Origin: Squalus acanthias | Lineage: Eukaryota | DNA: 64,000 bases | Assembly (NCBI GenBank): GCA_030390025.1 | Contig: CM059446.1 | Span: 38,874,001-38,938,000, forward strand | Reading direction: 5' to 3' | Shown: positions 1 to 10,618 of the stretch, piece after piece | How the letters are laid out: each line of letters starts with the position of its first letter | Position numbering within the stretch: position 1 is the first letter of the stretch | Program-made: the position numbers and the translations under genes | The notes under the pieces: generated by a model | Database searches by the model: none | Told to the model about the DNA's origin: nothing | The model's input: only the letters and a program-made list of their open reading frames with translations

Positions 1-411
1 GAGCTGTAAACAGAACCATCGGTTTCTGCCCGTGCCATCCTTAGGTACCCTAGAAGGTGCAGGGGAGTGACCCAGGGTGACCAGCTATTCTTTGCTGTGG
101 GGAATTGCCTGGCTTCAGCTCAGGCACTTACTGTACGAGGACCTTGGACATTGTATGGACAAACCTCATTTAATATCACAACTTGCCATCCTGCACCAAA
201 AGCACACTCTTTAAACACATATATGGTTGCTGCAGTCAGTCCCACTGTGATTATGACCCACTTATCTTAAAGAAAATACACCTTTTAGAAATGGACAAAA
301 GTGTTGAAATGATATGAATTTGATTGTTTCAACAATGAAGACTTTAGTCCCCTTTGGTTTGCTAACTCCAGTGGTTGTACTAACTGATGTAACGCAAATT
401 CACTTCGTTAA

Positions 412-527
412 ACCTCGATTTTAACCTAAAGTCTCGTCCGGTGGGAGTCAATGAACGTAAAATCGGTCGGGTGTAAAACCCGAACCAGTCCTCTTCCCAT
501 TGGGTGGGTTAGGTTAAAATTGGGTCT
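412..527. mobile_element. Short MITE-like element
   Basis: Imperfect terminal inverted repeats cctcgattttaacctaa ... ttaggttaaaattggg. Confidence 0.45.
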
Positions 528-605
528 TTACCGTTTTCCTTCCCCAGCTCCAATCAATTCAGCCAGCAATGAAAAATGTGCAGACTAACTAAAAGCTCAA
601 ACATA

Positions 606-1076
606 AGAAAGAAAGACTTGCATTTATATAGCGGCTTTCACGACCACCGGACGTCCCAAAGTGCTTTACAGCCAATTAAGTACTTTTGAAGTGTAGTCAC
701 TGTTGTAATGTGGGAAACGTGGCAGCCAATTTACGCACAGCAAGCTCCCACAAACAGCAATGTGATAATGACCAGATAATCTGTTTTTTAGTGATGTTGA
801 TTGAGGGATAAATATTGGCCAGGACACCGGGGAGATCTCCCCTGCTCTTCTTCGAAATAGTGCCATGGGATCTTTTACGTCCACCTGAGAGGGCAGACGG
901 GGCCTCGGTTTACTGTCTCATCCGAAAAATGGCACCACTGACAGTGCAGCACTCCCTCAGCACTGCACTGGAGTGTCAGCCTAGATTTTATGCTCAAGTC
1001 TCTGGAGTGGGACTTGAACCCACAACCTTCATGACTCAGTAGGCGACGGTGCTATCAACTGTGCCACAGCTGACAC
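606..1076 (-). mobile_element. tRNA-derived Deu-domain SINE (SacSINE1/DeuSINE-like), full length
   Basis: Reverse complement has a tRNA-like head with B box GGTTCAAGTCC, a Deu-like core (gatcccatggcactatttcgaagaagagcagggg...cagattatctggtcattatc) and an L2-like tail (gctatataaatgcaagtctttc); multiple copies in the window. Confidence 0.9.
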
Positions 1077-2246
1077 AAATGAAACTTTCTGTTACAAGTC
1101 TTTCTCACATAGTTGGGGAGGTGTGGGGGTGGGGGGAGATGGGGGAGAGAAGGGGAGCAGACTGTATTTGGATTGCTCTTCTGTGAATTACAAAGGAGCT
1201 ATTTGTGAGGTACTAGCTTTCACCAAGTCCTTGTCCCTCTGTTTACAAAATAATCACACATTTGAAAATTAAAGTAAACCTCTACTGAAATTTAAGGTTG
1301 TCTGTTATCATAGCAGCCATTTCAGATGAGTGTAGCATGCCTGATACAGCGCAGGCTGCTTCCAATAGACACAATGTAAAAAATATTGCTACCTGTAGTG
1401 AGTGTGAGAACTGAATCAAACTGCAAACCCAAAGCTGATTTGGGTTACCCCTGGATTATTCCCAATTTACCTGAATTTGACCCAGTTTAGACAACATTTC
1501 CTCTGAAATATGCCCGTTACTTTAAAAATAAACGCATGACACCATTTTCGTGTTCCTCTTTCCCTTGTGCTCCTCTGTGCATGTGTAGCTATTTTTCATG
1601 TCCTGCCACATCATTCCCCACTGGTATGGCAGTTGCAGGACTGGGAGTTGTTTGTGTCTTTTTATGTAGTTTTTGTTTCTTTACTCTATTTTTAGTCCAT
1701 GTCCTGGTGGTCTAGTGGTGGGGTATGTGGCCTTACTCTCTGCCCACCTTGGTGGTCCAGTTGATCGGTTGGAGGGGGTTGGAAGGGGGAAAGGTTACTG
1801 ACGGTGATTGTGGTAGATGAGCTTCCAATCCTTGGAGAAGGTATATCCAGATTACCTCGCAGTCGAATAAAACAGAGACACTTGCTTTCAATTAGCACGA
1901 TTTGTCCTTGTCTTTAGCTTCCCAAATATTAGAATCATAGGAATGACGCCTAAAGACGTTGACAGACTCACATCTATCCACAACTCCACGAGTCACGTGA
2001 GCTTGACTTGGTGATATCAACTCTTGGTGGTGATGTCACAATGCTGAGCTGCTTGTCCCTTTTTTTTAAATTTTCCAATAACGAAACAGATCCTGGGATG
2101 GCAAAGGACCCCAAGACATTTCCACCTTAATCTACTCTACTCTTCATAGACAGTAAAGTCATTAAAAAAACCAGCGCCCTAAACAGGGGATGATTGAGTC
2201 TGTTTCAGTGTAACCGTGTTTTATAGAATGATATGCTGAAAGCTTT

Positions 2247-2678
2247 AATACAAAAGCAAAATACTGTGGATGCTGGAAATCTGAAATAAAAACAAAAAAT
2301 GCTGGAAATACTCAGCAGGTCAGGCAGCATCTGTGGAGACAGAAACAGAGTTAACGTTTCAGGTCGATGAACCTTCGTCAGAACTGGAAAAAGCTAGAGA
2401 TGGAACAGGTTTTTAAGCAAGTGCAGGGGCAGGGAAAGGGGGGAGGGGAGGAAAGAACAAAAGAGAAGTTCTGTGACAGGATGGAAGGCAGGCCTTCCCT
2501 TTTGTTCTTTCCTCCCCTTCCCCCCTTTCCCTGCCCCTACACTTGCTTAAAAACCTGTTCCATCTCCAGCTTTTTCCAGTTCTGACGAAGGGTCATCGAC
2601 CTGAAACGTTAACTCTGTTTCTCTCTCCACAGATGCTGCCTGACCTGCTGAGTATTTCCAGCATTTTCTGTTTTTATT
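2247..2678. mobile_element. Penelope-like element 3' terminal segment arranged as a fold-back inverted repeat
   Basis: ~190-bp inverted arms (about 2285-2470 vs 2495-2678); same sequence as the 3' end of the GIY-YIG-bearing fragment at 55071-55692; perfect 15-bp TSD tatgctgaaagcttt at 2232-2246 and 2679-2693. Confidence 0.85.
2578..2614 (+). ncRNA. Minimal hammerhead-ribozyme-like motif of Penelope-like element
   Basis: agtt-CTGACGA-a-gggtc(atc)gacct-GAAA-cgtt-aact: core boxes, stem II, short stem I and palindromic AACGTT; antiparallel copy at about 2349-2385 on the minus strand. Confidence 0.6.
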
Positions 2679-3152
2679 TATGCTGAAAGCTTTCTTTGTT
2701 TAGTGTCCATTTGGTTAGAACGATAGACTGTGAGTCAAATGAATGGATTGCAGACTCAATCCAAAATATTCATTTCCTTCTGCACTGAAGTCCGCTACAG
2801 GATGCAGGTATTTTAAATTCAGATTGAATCAACTATAAGATAATATTGGTTGGTGTAGTTAGTTTGCATCAACAGTTACTGTAATTCACATTCAACCCTA
2901 ATTAAAGATCTTTGTTATCCTGCAGGGGTAGAGGAAACAGTGTGATTAAAGCTAAGCCACTACCATGGAAGCAGCTCAGTGCCATCAATGATAGTGACAG
3001 ATCTGCAAATCCCTGGCAATCCTTAATGTAATGTTGATTTTATAGTGTTTTAACACATTTGCCTTTGATATCATTTAGTTATTTGGAAGGCAGAGCAATT
3101 TTGAAATGGGCGGGTGTAAGCCACAAGAGGATATTGTCTCACAAGAGTTATA

Positions 3153-3718
3153 CTTCTTCTTAGGCAGTCCCTCGGAACCGAGGATGACTTGCTTCCACAT
3201 TAAAAATGAGTTCTCAGGTGACTGATGAGTCCAATGCGGGACCTACAGTCTCTGTCACAGGTGGGGCAGGCGGTGGTTGAAGGGGCGGGTGGGTGGGGTT
3301 CTTGGGTTGACGTGCGCTCCTTCCACTCCTTGCGCTTGGCTTCCGCTTGCTCCTGGCAAAGAGACTCGAGATGTTCAGCACCTTCCCGAATGCTTCTCCT
3401 CCACTTTGTACGGTCTTGGGCCAGGGATTCCCAGGTGTCAGTGGGGATGTTGCACTTTTTCAAGGAGGCTTTGAGGGTGTCCTTGAAGCGTTTCCTCTGC
3501 CCACCTGGAGCTCTCTTGCCGTGCCGGAGCTCCGAGTAGAGCGCTTGTTTTGGGAGTCTCGTCTCAGGCATGCGGACGATGTGACCCATCCATTGGAGCT
3601 GATCGAGCATGGACAAACCTTTGATGCTGGGGATGTTGGCCTGAGCGAGAACACTGATGTTGGTGCGCCTATCCTGCCAACGGATTTGCAGAATCTTGTG
3701 GAGGCAGCGTTAACTCCA
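3153..3718 (-). mobile_element. RTE-clade LINE, 5'-truncated (ORF C-terminus plus 3' UTR)
   Basis: ORF 3200-3616 WMGHIVRMPETRLPKQALYSEL...GGQRKRFKDTLK...CPTCDRDCRSRIGLISHLRTH; (gaa)n tail; 12-bp TSD acaagagttata at 3141-3152 and 3719-3730. Confidence 0.92.
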
Positions 3719-4489
3719 ACAAGAGTTATAGCATAACCCCAGGGACAACATGTGGTGGAAGGTAGAAGGAGGTAGGTCATCAAATGTTAGTCGCTAAGGA
3801 AATGATGCAAACCCGTAGAGAAACTCCAAATCAACCCATACTAAGCTAAATTAGTCCAAAAAAGACCTATGCTATGGTCTTTTGCAGTTGCTCCTTGCAG
3901 GTGCTGGCTCCCGATATCGAACCAAGTGTGTTCCGCACCATAACAATAATAACAGGACAGTCGTTGAGACCTCTTGTGATTTTACAATAAATATAATTTC
4001 AAATGGATTCGATAGGGGCAACCTCATAAAAAGATCCGACTTTTGATCCGTTTCAAATATACTTGGCACTAAATCACGGTGTGCTTGATCAATCTGCCAA
4101 TATGTTTGCTATAAATCAATGTTCCCTAACAAGAAAAGCATGGCTCAATCAGGCCTGAATAGACATCAAGGGACCTTCAAATAATCTGACATGAAATAGG
4201 TGCAACCAGAGCCGTAAAAGATAATTGTACCACAAGTTAATATAGCCACAGGCTTTCTTTGCTATTACTTTGAGACTTGAGTAACAATGACGCTGTGTGT
4301 AAACGTCACTCCTACCACACTGGTAGCTTGGAAAGCATTGGGTTAAGCCAGACACACATTTCCATTTATTCAGCACTGAAGGACTTGTTTGCTTTCAGGA
4401 TTGCAAGCATTTTAATTGTGTAGAATTGTATGATTTCTAAAATATTCCTTGAACAAGTACCTGTAAACGGTATATGAAAAAAAAAGAAA

Positions 4490-4732
4490 AGAAAGGAATT
4501 GCACGTCTACAGTGCCTTTCACAACCTCTGGACGTCCCACAGGGCTTTACAGCCAATGACGTACTTTGGAAGTGTAGTCACTGTTGTAAGGCAGGCAATG
4601 CGGCAGCTCATTTGCGCACAGCAAGATCCCACAAACAGCAATGTGATAATGACCAGATAATCTGTTCTGGTGATGTTGATTGAGGGATAAATATTGTCCA
4701 GGACACTGGGGAGGACTCCCTTCTTCTAAAAT
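4490..4732 (-). mobile_element. Deu-domain SINE, 3' half
   Basis: Matches 606-860. Confidence 0.85.
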
Positions 4733-5094
4733 AGAACGTTAATGTAGTAAGTGCCGCACTGTGTTGTTTTACTGACCCACGTTCAACAACTGCAGTGCGC
4801 TAACCTCAGTGCCCAGCCCCACATAAAATGATTTTTTTCAAAACCTGTGTTTTTGTTTCAATTGCACACGGGAGAGCTAGGACGACATCCTGTGTACTGA
4901 TGGTTTCACAAATGTTTTTTTGAGGGACAAACTTCAATAAGAAAATAGCACGACTGAATGATTTAGTCCCACCTGCTCTTTTTAACCCTATGCAACTATT
5001 CAGTACAGTGACACTAGTCTCAGCAGTTAATAGTCTGAATGGCCCTTGTGCAAGTGTGGATCCTTGGAGTGCCCTGGGGTAGAAATTATTATGA

Positions 5095-5216
5095 TGCGGA
5101 GATGCCGGTGTTGGACTGGGGTGGACAAAATTGAGAGGTCGCACAACACCAGGTTATAGTCCAACAGTTTTATTTGAAATCACAAGCTTTCGGAGCTATC
5201 GATTTGCTCCTTCACC
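5095..5216 (-). mobile_element. Second Penelope-like family terminal fragment with partial hammerhead-like motif
   Basis: Minus strand reads gtgaaggagc(aaatcgata)gctccGAAAgcttg followed by aataaa...actataacctggtgttgtg. Confidence 0.55.
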
Positions 5217-5574
5217 TTTTGGAGTGTAGTCACTGTTGTAATGAGGGAAATTGGGTGGTGGAATTAAATGCCCAGAACAGAGCGTGTCAGATATTCTGTC
5301 CATCACTCAAATGGATGGAAAAGCAGCCAGGCTCCGTTACGCAGGTGCAATCCTTCCTACCCAATTTTCCTCTATGTGCTCACGCGATACTTCACGCCTC
5401 AGTACAATAAGCGGAAAGTCTGTGCCTCAATACCCTTCAGTTCCCTGAAGATCTAATGCTATATTTTTTTCATCAGTGAACTGAAATATGCCAAAATGCT
5501 TTTTCAATGTCTTGAGGACTTCAAGAATACTTCTGCTCAAATAAAAAAATAAGATAAGGGCTCCCTTGATGACT

Positions 5575-6390
5575 TGTTGTGTAAATGCTTTCCTCCAGTT
5601 GAGCGCTGAGCCATACTGACTTGGAGAGTTCCACATTCATTCTCAGGTCTGCACTGAGCGAGCTGATCTCAGTCATGGCCAATTCAGTTGGGGGCGTTGA
5701 AATTAGTCTCAGAATCCCAAGGAGGGAAAAATAAAATATACTGGGGCCTCACTCCTGGTCGCTACCCAGTTACATTGGGAAAGTGTTTATATGGACATTA
5801 GGTGAAAGAGGATCAGGCTCAACTATAATGGCTTCTTCCCCCATCAACTGAGTCTTCTTCTCTTCTTAGGCAGTCCCTCGGAACTGAGGATGACTTGCTC
5901 CCACACTAAAAATGAGTTCGCAGGTGACTGATGAGTCCAATGCGGGACCTACAGTCTCTGTCACAGGTGGGGCAGACGGTGGTTAAAGGGGCGGGTGGGT
6001 GGGGTGCTTGGGTTGACGTGCACTCCTTCTGCTGTTTGCGCTTGGCTTCCGCTTGCTCCCGGCGAAGAGACTCGAGGTGTTCGGCGCCTTCCCAGATGCT
6101 TCTCCTCCACTTTGTGCAGTCTTGGGCCAGGGATTCCCAGGTGTCGGTGGGGATGTTGCACTTTTTCAAGGAGGCTTTGAGGGTGTCCTTGAAGCGTTTC
6201 CTCTGCCCACCTGGAGCTCTCTTGCCTTGTCGGAGCTCCGAGTAGAGCGCTTGCTTTGGGAGTCTCGTATCGGGCATGCGGACAATGTGGCCCATCCATC
6301 GGCTGAATATTCCACAGGCACTGACTATCCAGGCTTACACACAAAGATTGGCCACGGGGGCAAAGTATCAGAGGACTGTTGGTGCCATGG
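5575..6390 (+). mobile_element. AmnSINE2-like ancient SINE, split by an RTE insertion
   Basis: gctgagccata...gagcgagctgatctcag...ctcctggtcgctacccag...ggatcaggctc before the RTE and actatccaggcttacaca...ttggccac after it follow the order of the recalled AmnSINE2 consensus. Confidence 0.6.
5854..6295 (-). mobile_element. RTE-clade LINE, 5'-truncated
   Basis: ORF 5906-6295 nearly identical to 3200-3616; degenerate TSD ccatcaactgagt (5841-5853) / ccatcggctgaat (6296-6308). Confidence 0.92.
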
Positions 6391-7899
6391 AATCTCCTTG
6401 CATTTGCTACATAGTGACATGGATTAGAGGCTCAAAAACACATTACCTGCCAAGGTTCTCCGGTGGGAAATGGTGAAGAAGTAGTGGACCTAAAAAGAAA
6501 GAAAATAACTGTAAAACTGAGGGGGAAGAAAGTATTTTATTTTAAAGAAACGGACATCTTGGGCCAATTTTTAAAATGTCTGTGGATCTGTAATTCAATT
6601 TTCAGAAAGCCAGTTGTTTATCTTTTACAAGAAGAGATTTTTGTGCGACCATAATATTTTTTAAACTCCAACTCACAGAAATAGGAAAAAAAATCCCTCA
6701 TTTCTGCTTGGGTGCGAGGCAACGTTGGTGGCCATTTTTGTCAAAGCAATAAAACCGTCAAATCGTCATTCCAGTAATATAACTTTGCCTGTTTAAACAT
6801 GATGTTCAGAATTTGTAGGCAGCAGATTCGGACACCAGAGAGTTGTTAGACCATGATGATGATGTTGGCGATGAAGTTGATGAAGAAGAATTTCTGACTT
6901 TTATTGATGCTGATGTAGTTTGTAGTTAATTTCAGTTTTATATTATTTTCTGAAAAAATGGCCCGATTGACTAGGATCAAGAGGTAGGGCAGGGACCCTA
7001 AATTTTTGTGGGGTTCTCCCTATCTCCTGCCATAACATCAGCAGGAGATCAATGGAACCCTTGGAGAAGGGTGTAATCAGCCATTTTTAGCCATTTTTGC
7101 TGTTTCATTGCAGATTCAGCCAATCTCCCGCCAGCAAACCCCCATAGATTTTCCAGGTGGGCTTGTTTTTCCCGTTGGCCAATGATTTAGGCACAAAATA
7201 ACACATTTGGACTAATCGTGGCAGGTGAGTGATTATACGATGCTTTACTTGGTGCATAGGATGGATTGGATCCCAAGAGTCATATTTTGAGGTTGATTCC
7301 CTAATTGATTGCCCCAGGCAGAGAGCACTAGTCAGGAAATCTCAGTCCCACAGCCCCTGATTTTCCCACCTTTTGAATAGATGGAAAATCAGGAGCTGTG
7401 GGTCTGCGATTTCTACACCAAAATTCCCTACGAGGACCACTCCTTGCAGGGAGCACATGATTGGAGTTTTGGCCCTTAAGTGTTCTTTTGATTATTCAAT
7501 AAGAACCCATGCTATATTGGCCTGTTGAATCCACTGTGGCATAGGACAGCGTTCATTCCTACAATTCATCACACCATGAGTTCACAATCTTGGTCAGGTC
7601 ATTGGGTGAAGTGGGGAGTGGAGAAAGATGGTTTCCTGCAGATAAGGAGCAAAAGTAGTGAACAAGTTAACTCTTCAAAGGGGTTGGTATAAACTCGTAT
7701 TTGATAGAGGCTGGGGGAAATATTTGATAGAGGCTGGGTTGTGCAGTTAGCTGGAGAATGAGGCATCATACTGGGCCATTTAAATAACGGGGAAAAAATA
7801 TAATGAGGAAAGGGAAAGCTTCTGCATTCATCTGCAACCTGTGAAAACACTAACATTAAATTAACTTTCAATTCAATTCAGTTTATCTCCTTAGCCAAT

Positions 7900-8373
7900 G
7901 ATATTGAAGGATTGAGAAAGAAACAGAGGAATGACGGAAAGAGGGTGAATTGAGAGAAAAAAGAGACGGAAAGTAAAAGTAAGAAAAAAATTCTAAAAAT
8001 TTAAATTTTAAATTTAAAAAACAATTTACTACCTGTAAGAATGAGACTCCAACAGTTTCAGTTGTTCCCTTCCTGGGCTGGAGAGGTTGAGTGGCATTGC
8101 AGGAATATAAATCTCATCATTAAAAGGGTCCTTACATCGTTAAGTACCAGCCCTAACTTTCTGCGGCGAGTTTAATTTGTTTTAACAGAGCAAATGCAGC
8201 AATTTCTTGAAACACACGGGGAGGCTGACGGAGAGCTACCGTTTTCGCGAGGCTAATGGCGGAGCGGCACAAACCATCCAACAATTTGCAGCGATTCGCA
8301 ACTGACGGCATATCTCTTCCTGGCCGCAAATTGCTGGTTTATTTACACACTAATTCCCAGCAAATTCTGGCCC
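7900..8373. mobile_element. Non-autonomous DNA transposon fragment with Harbinger-type terminus
   Basis: CpG-containing block ending in aaattctggccc, matching the GGGC..AATTT TIR class seen elsewhere; the other end was not located. Confidence 0.4.
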
Positions 8374-10452
8374 AATAGATTAAACAAATAGCATTTGACT
8401 AGGTTTAGACTGTTTGTTCCAATTCTCTTTTAAGTTTAAATATACCTAAATTGTTTAGTAATTTAAAGAATGCGCAAGATGAGAAATGTAGAAAAAAAAA
8501 ACTGTGAAATTTTGATATGTTTATCTGACGCGGTTACTCTTCGAAGGTAAATGTCTCTCTGCGAGGGAAATGCTGTGCACATTTTGTGTCATCAGTACAA
8601 GCACCTCTGCAGACACATCCATTAGATCATGTCCTGGTTTGGACTTAAATCAACGAACTACAAGCAGCGCCATATGGTTAATTTTTAAGCTGGCTGATCT
8701 TGTGTTTAATAATAAAGTGGGAGGCCGGGAACAGTGAAGGCTGTGTCTAAAGGGCAGCGCATCATCTTATTAGTCGAAAGTGACTTAATTGGGTGGGGGG
8801 TGATCTAGTCGTTGCATGCCAGTCGCATTATCCTCTCCAGTGACTTCAGCAATCTTTGTAACAAATTGTGCTCATTCAGTGGGCAAACTGCATTCGCACG
8901 CGTCCTGCCAAGAACAGTGGCGCAAAAGATCATCAACTCTGTGAATCAAACTCATCCCACTTTATCCCTGCTAATTGCCCTCCCAACAAATCTGCATTTG
9001 TTTGGTCACTGTGCATTTCTGGATTTTTGCGATGAGGATAATATGCTTCAAGTTGCTCGATCTCAATAAGCATTAAAATCAAATTCTCACTGTCAGTCTC
9101 ACCTTTCTATCTTTCCTTTTCTCTCTCTGTCTCTTTGTGCATATCCGTGTTCTCATTTCTATTTCTCTTTCCTCCCTTTTATTTCTTTCTCCTTCCCTCC
9201 CTCCCTCAGTCACTGCCTGTATGTATAAACTCCACAGCTGAAACTCCATAGATTTTCGCCTTGCCGATAGGGTACTAAGGAAGTCAGACAGATAACAGCC
9301 TGCCATAAGCTCCACTACTGAACCAGCTAATCTCAGCATGATGTTAAGACAGTGGGAGGCCATTTTCTCAGCAAATACTGACAGCTGCTTCATGCAACAA
9401 AAAAAAAGTCAAATCTATCTGCAGAGCATGAAGCCGAGAACGGGCAGGGTGAGAAGAGCAAGATTGATGGAGTTATGGTTGGCCTGTAAAGGGCAGCTGG
9501 GAGTGCAGGGAAATAATCAGGAAAGGGCGGCCAAAACCAGCTCTCCGACGGGAAAAATGAATCCTGCACCTCAACATTATTAAGTTGTCAGGAGCAGTGA
9601 TGATGAAAATCTGAAGGTCAGGCATAACAAGAGGCACCTTACAGGGGTCCTGACCTTCAGAAGTGCTATGTTCTTGTTTATCTGCACCTGACCTCTCTCC
9701 ACAATTCTTCATTTGATAAGGGTTTTTTTTTTCATAATCTGTATACCTAGTGATATTGGACTTCCTCTAAAACTGATTGCTGAGTCTGTGAGCTATGCAC
9801 ACAACAGAAGATAATAAACAAAAGGACACACAAGGGATGTATGTGAATGGAGTTCAATAGAGCTGGATAAAAGAAGTCATTCAGCAGATGAAAGATTTTA
9901 GTAATATGCTTTCAGTGTACATCTGTTAGTAGCATTTTAAAATAATGTTCAAACATAACATTATTCCAACTGAATCACTAGCTCCCCTGTATTAATAAGA
10001 ATAATATAGTTGTATATTTTGGGATCAGTTTAATCATAATGGAAACAATTCTGGAGATTTCCTCATGGCCATCTGTGGTGTTTCTATGCAGGCAGAGATT
10101 GAAACATCACTTCTGATTAGTGTACAGTGGATATTGTGGACTCTGCGAATGGCAGTGAACTTGTTTGTGAATATTTATAACAATGTTCAAACATCTGTGA
10201 ATGAATATTCAAATTAGAAATTCATATTTATTGCGGCCCGAACATATGAAAATAACACCGACGTTTCTAGTCTAACAGCAACGGAATATGTACTTTGAAT
10301 TAGAATCTTATATTTCAGGGATCAATAAAAAGGAGCCCATCTTAACCTCCCGAATGAAGTACAGTCAATAATGCATTTCTATTTATTAGATGTAAATTTT
10401 ATTTCATGTTTCTAATGAGTTTTTGTTTTTTTCCTCTGCACCATTCCGTTTT

Positions 10453-10618
10453 ATACAACAGCAAAATACTGCGGATGCTGGAAATCTGAAATAACAGAAA
10501 GTGCTGGAAACACTCAGCAGGCCAGGCAGCATCCGTGGAGAGAGACACAGAGTCAACGTTTCAGGTCTGTGACCCTTCGTCACGAAGGGTCACAGACCTG
10601 AAACGTTAACTCTGTTCC
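10453..10618. mobile_element. Penelope-like 3' end with short fold-back at the hammerhead-like motif
   Basis: Same family as 2247-2678; 34-bp arms 10547-10580 and 10582-10615 with one mismatch; 12-bp TSD ccattccgtttt at 10441-10452 and 10619-10630. Confidence 0.85.

Noticed and set aside
1692-1898. 68-aa Pro-rich ORF as a host terminal exon or LTR remnant
   Set aside because: No recognisable domain, no convincing splice context, and no second LTR copy or primer-binding site.
6840-6925. Acidic DDDVGDEVDEEEFL stretch resembling a pogo/Tigger C-terminus
   Set aside because: Low complexity and short, with no upstream transposase motifs or TIRs found.
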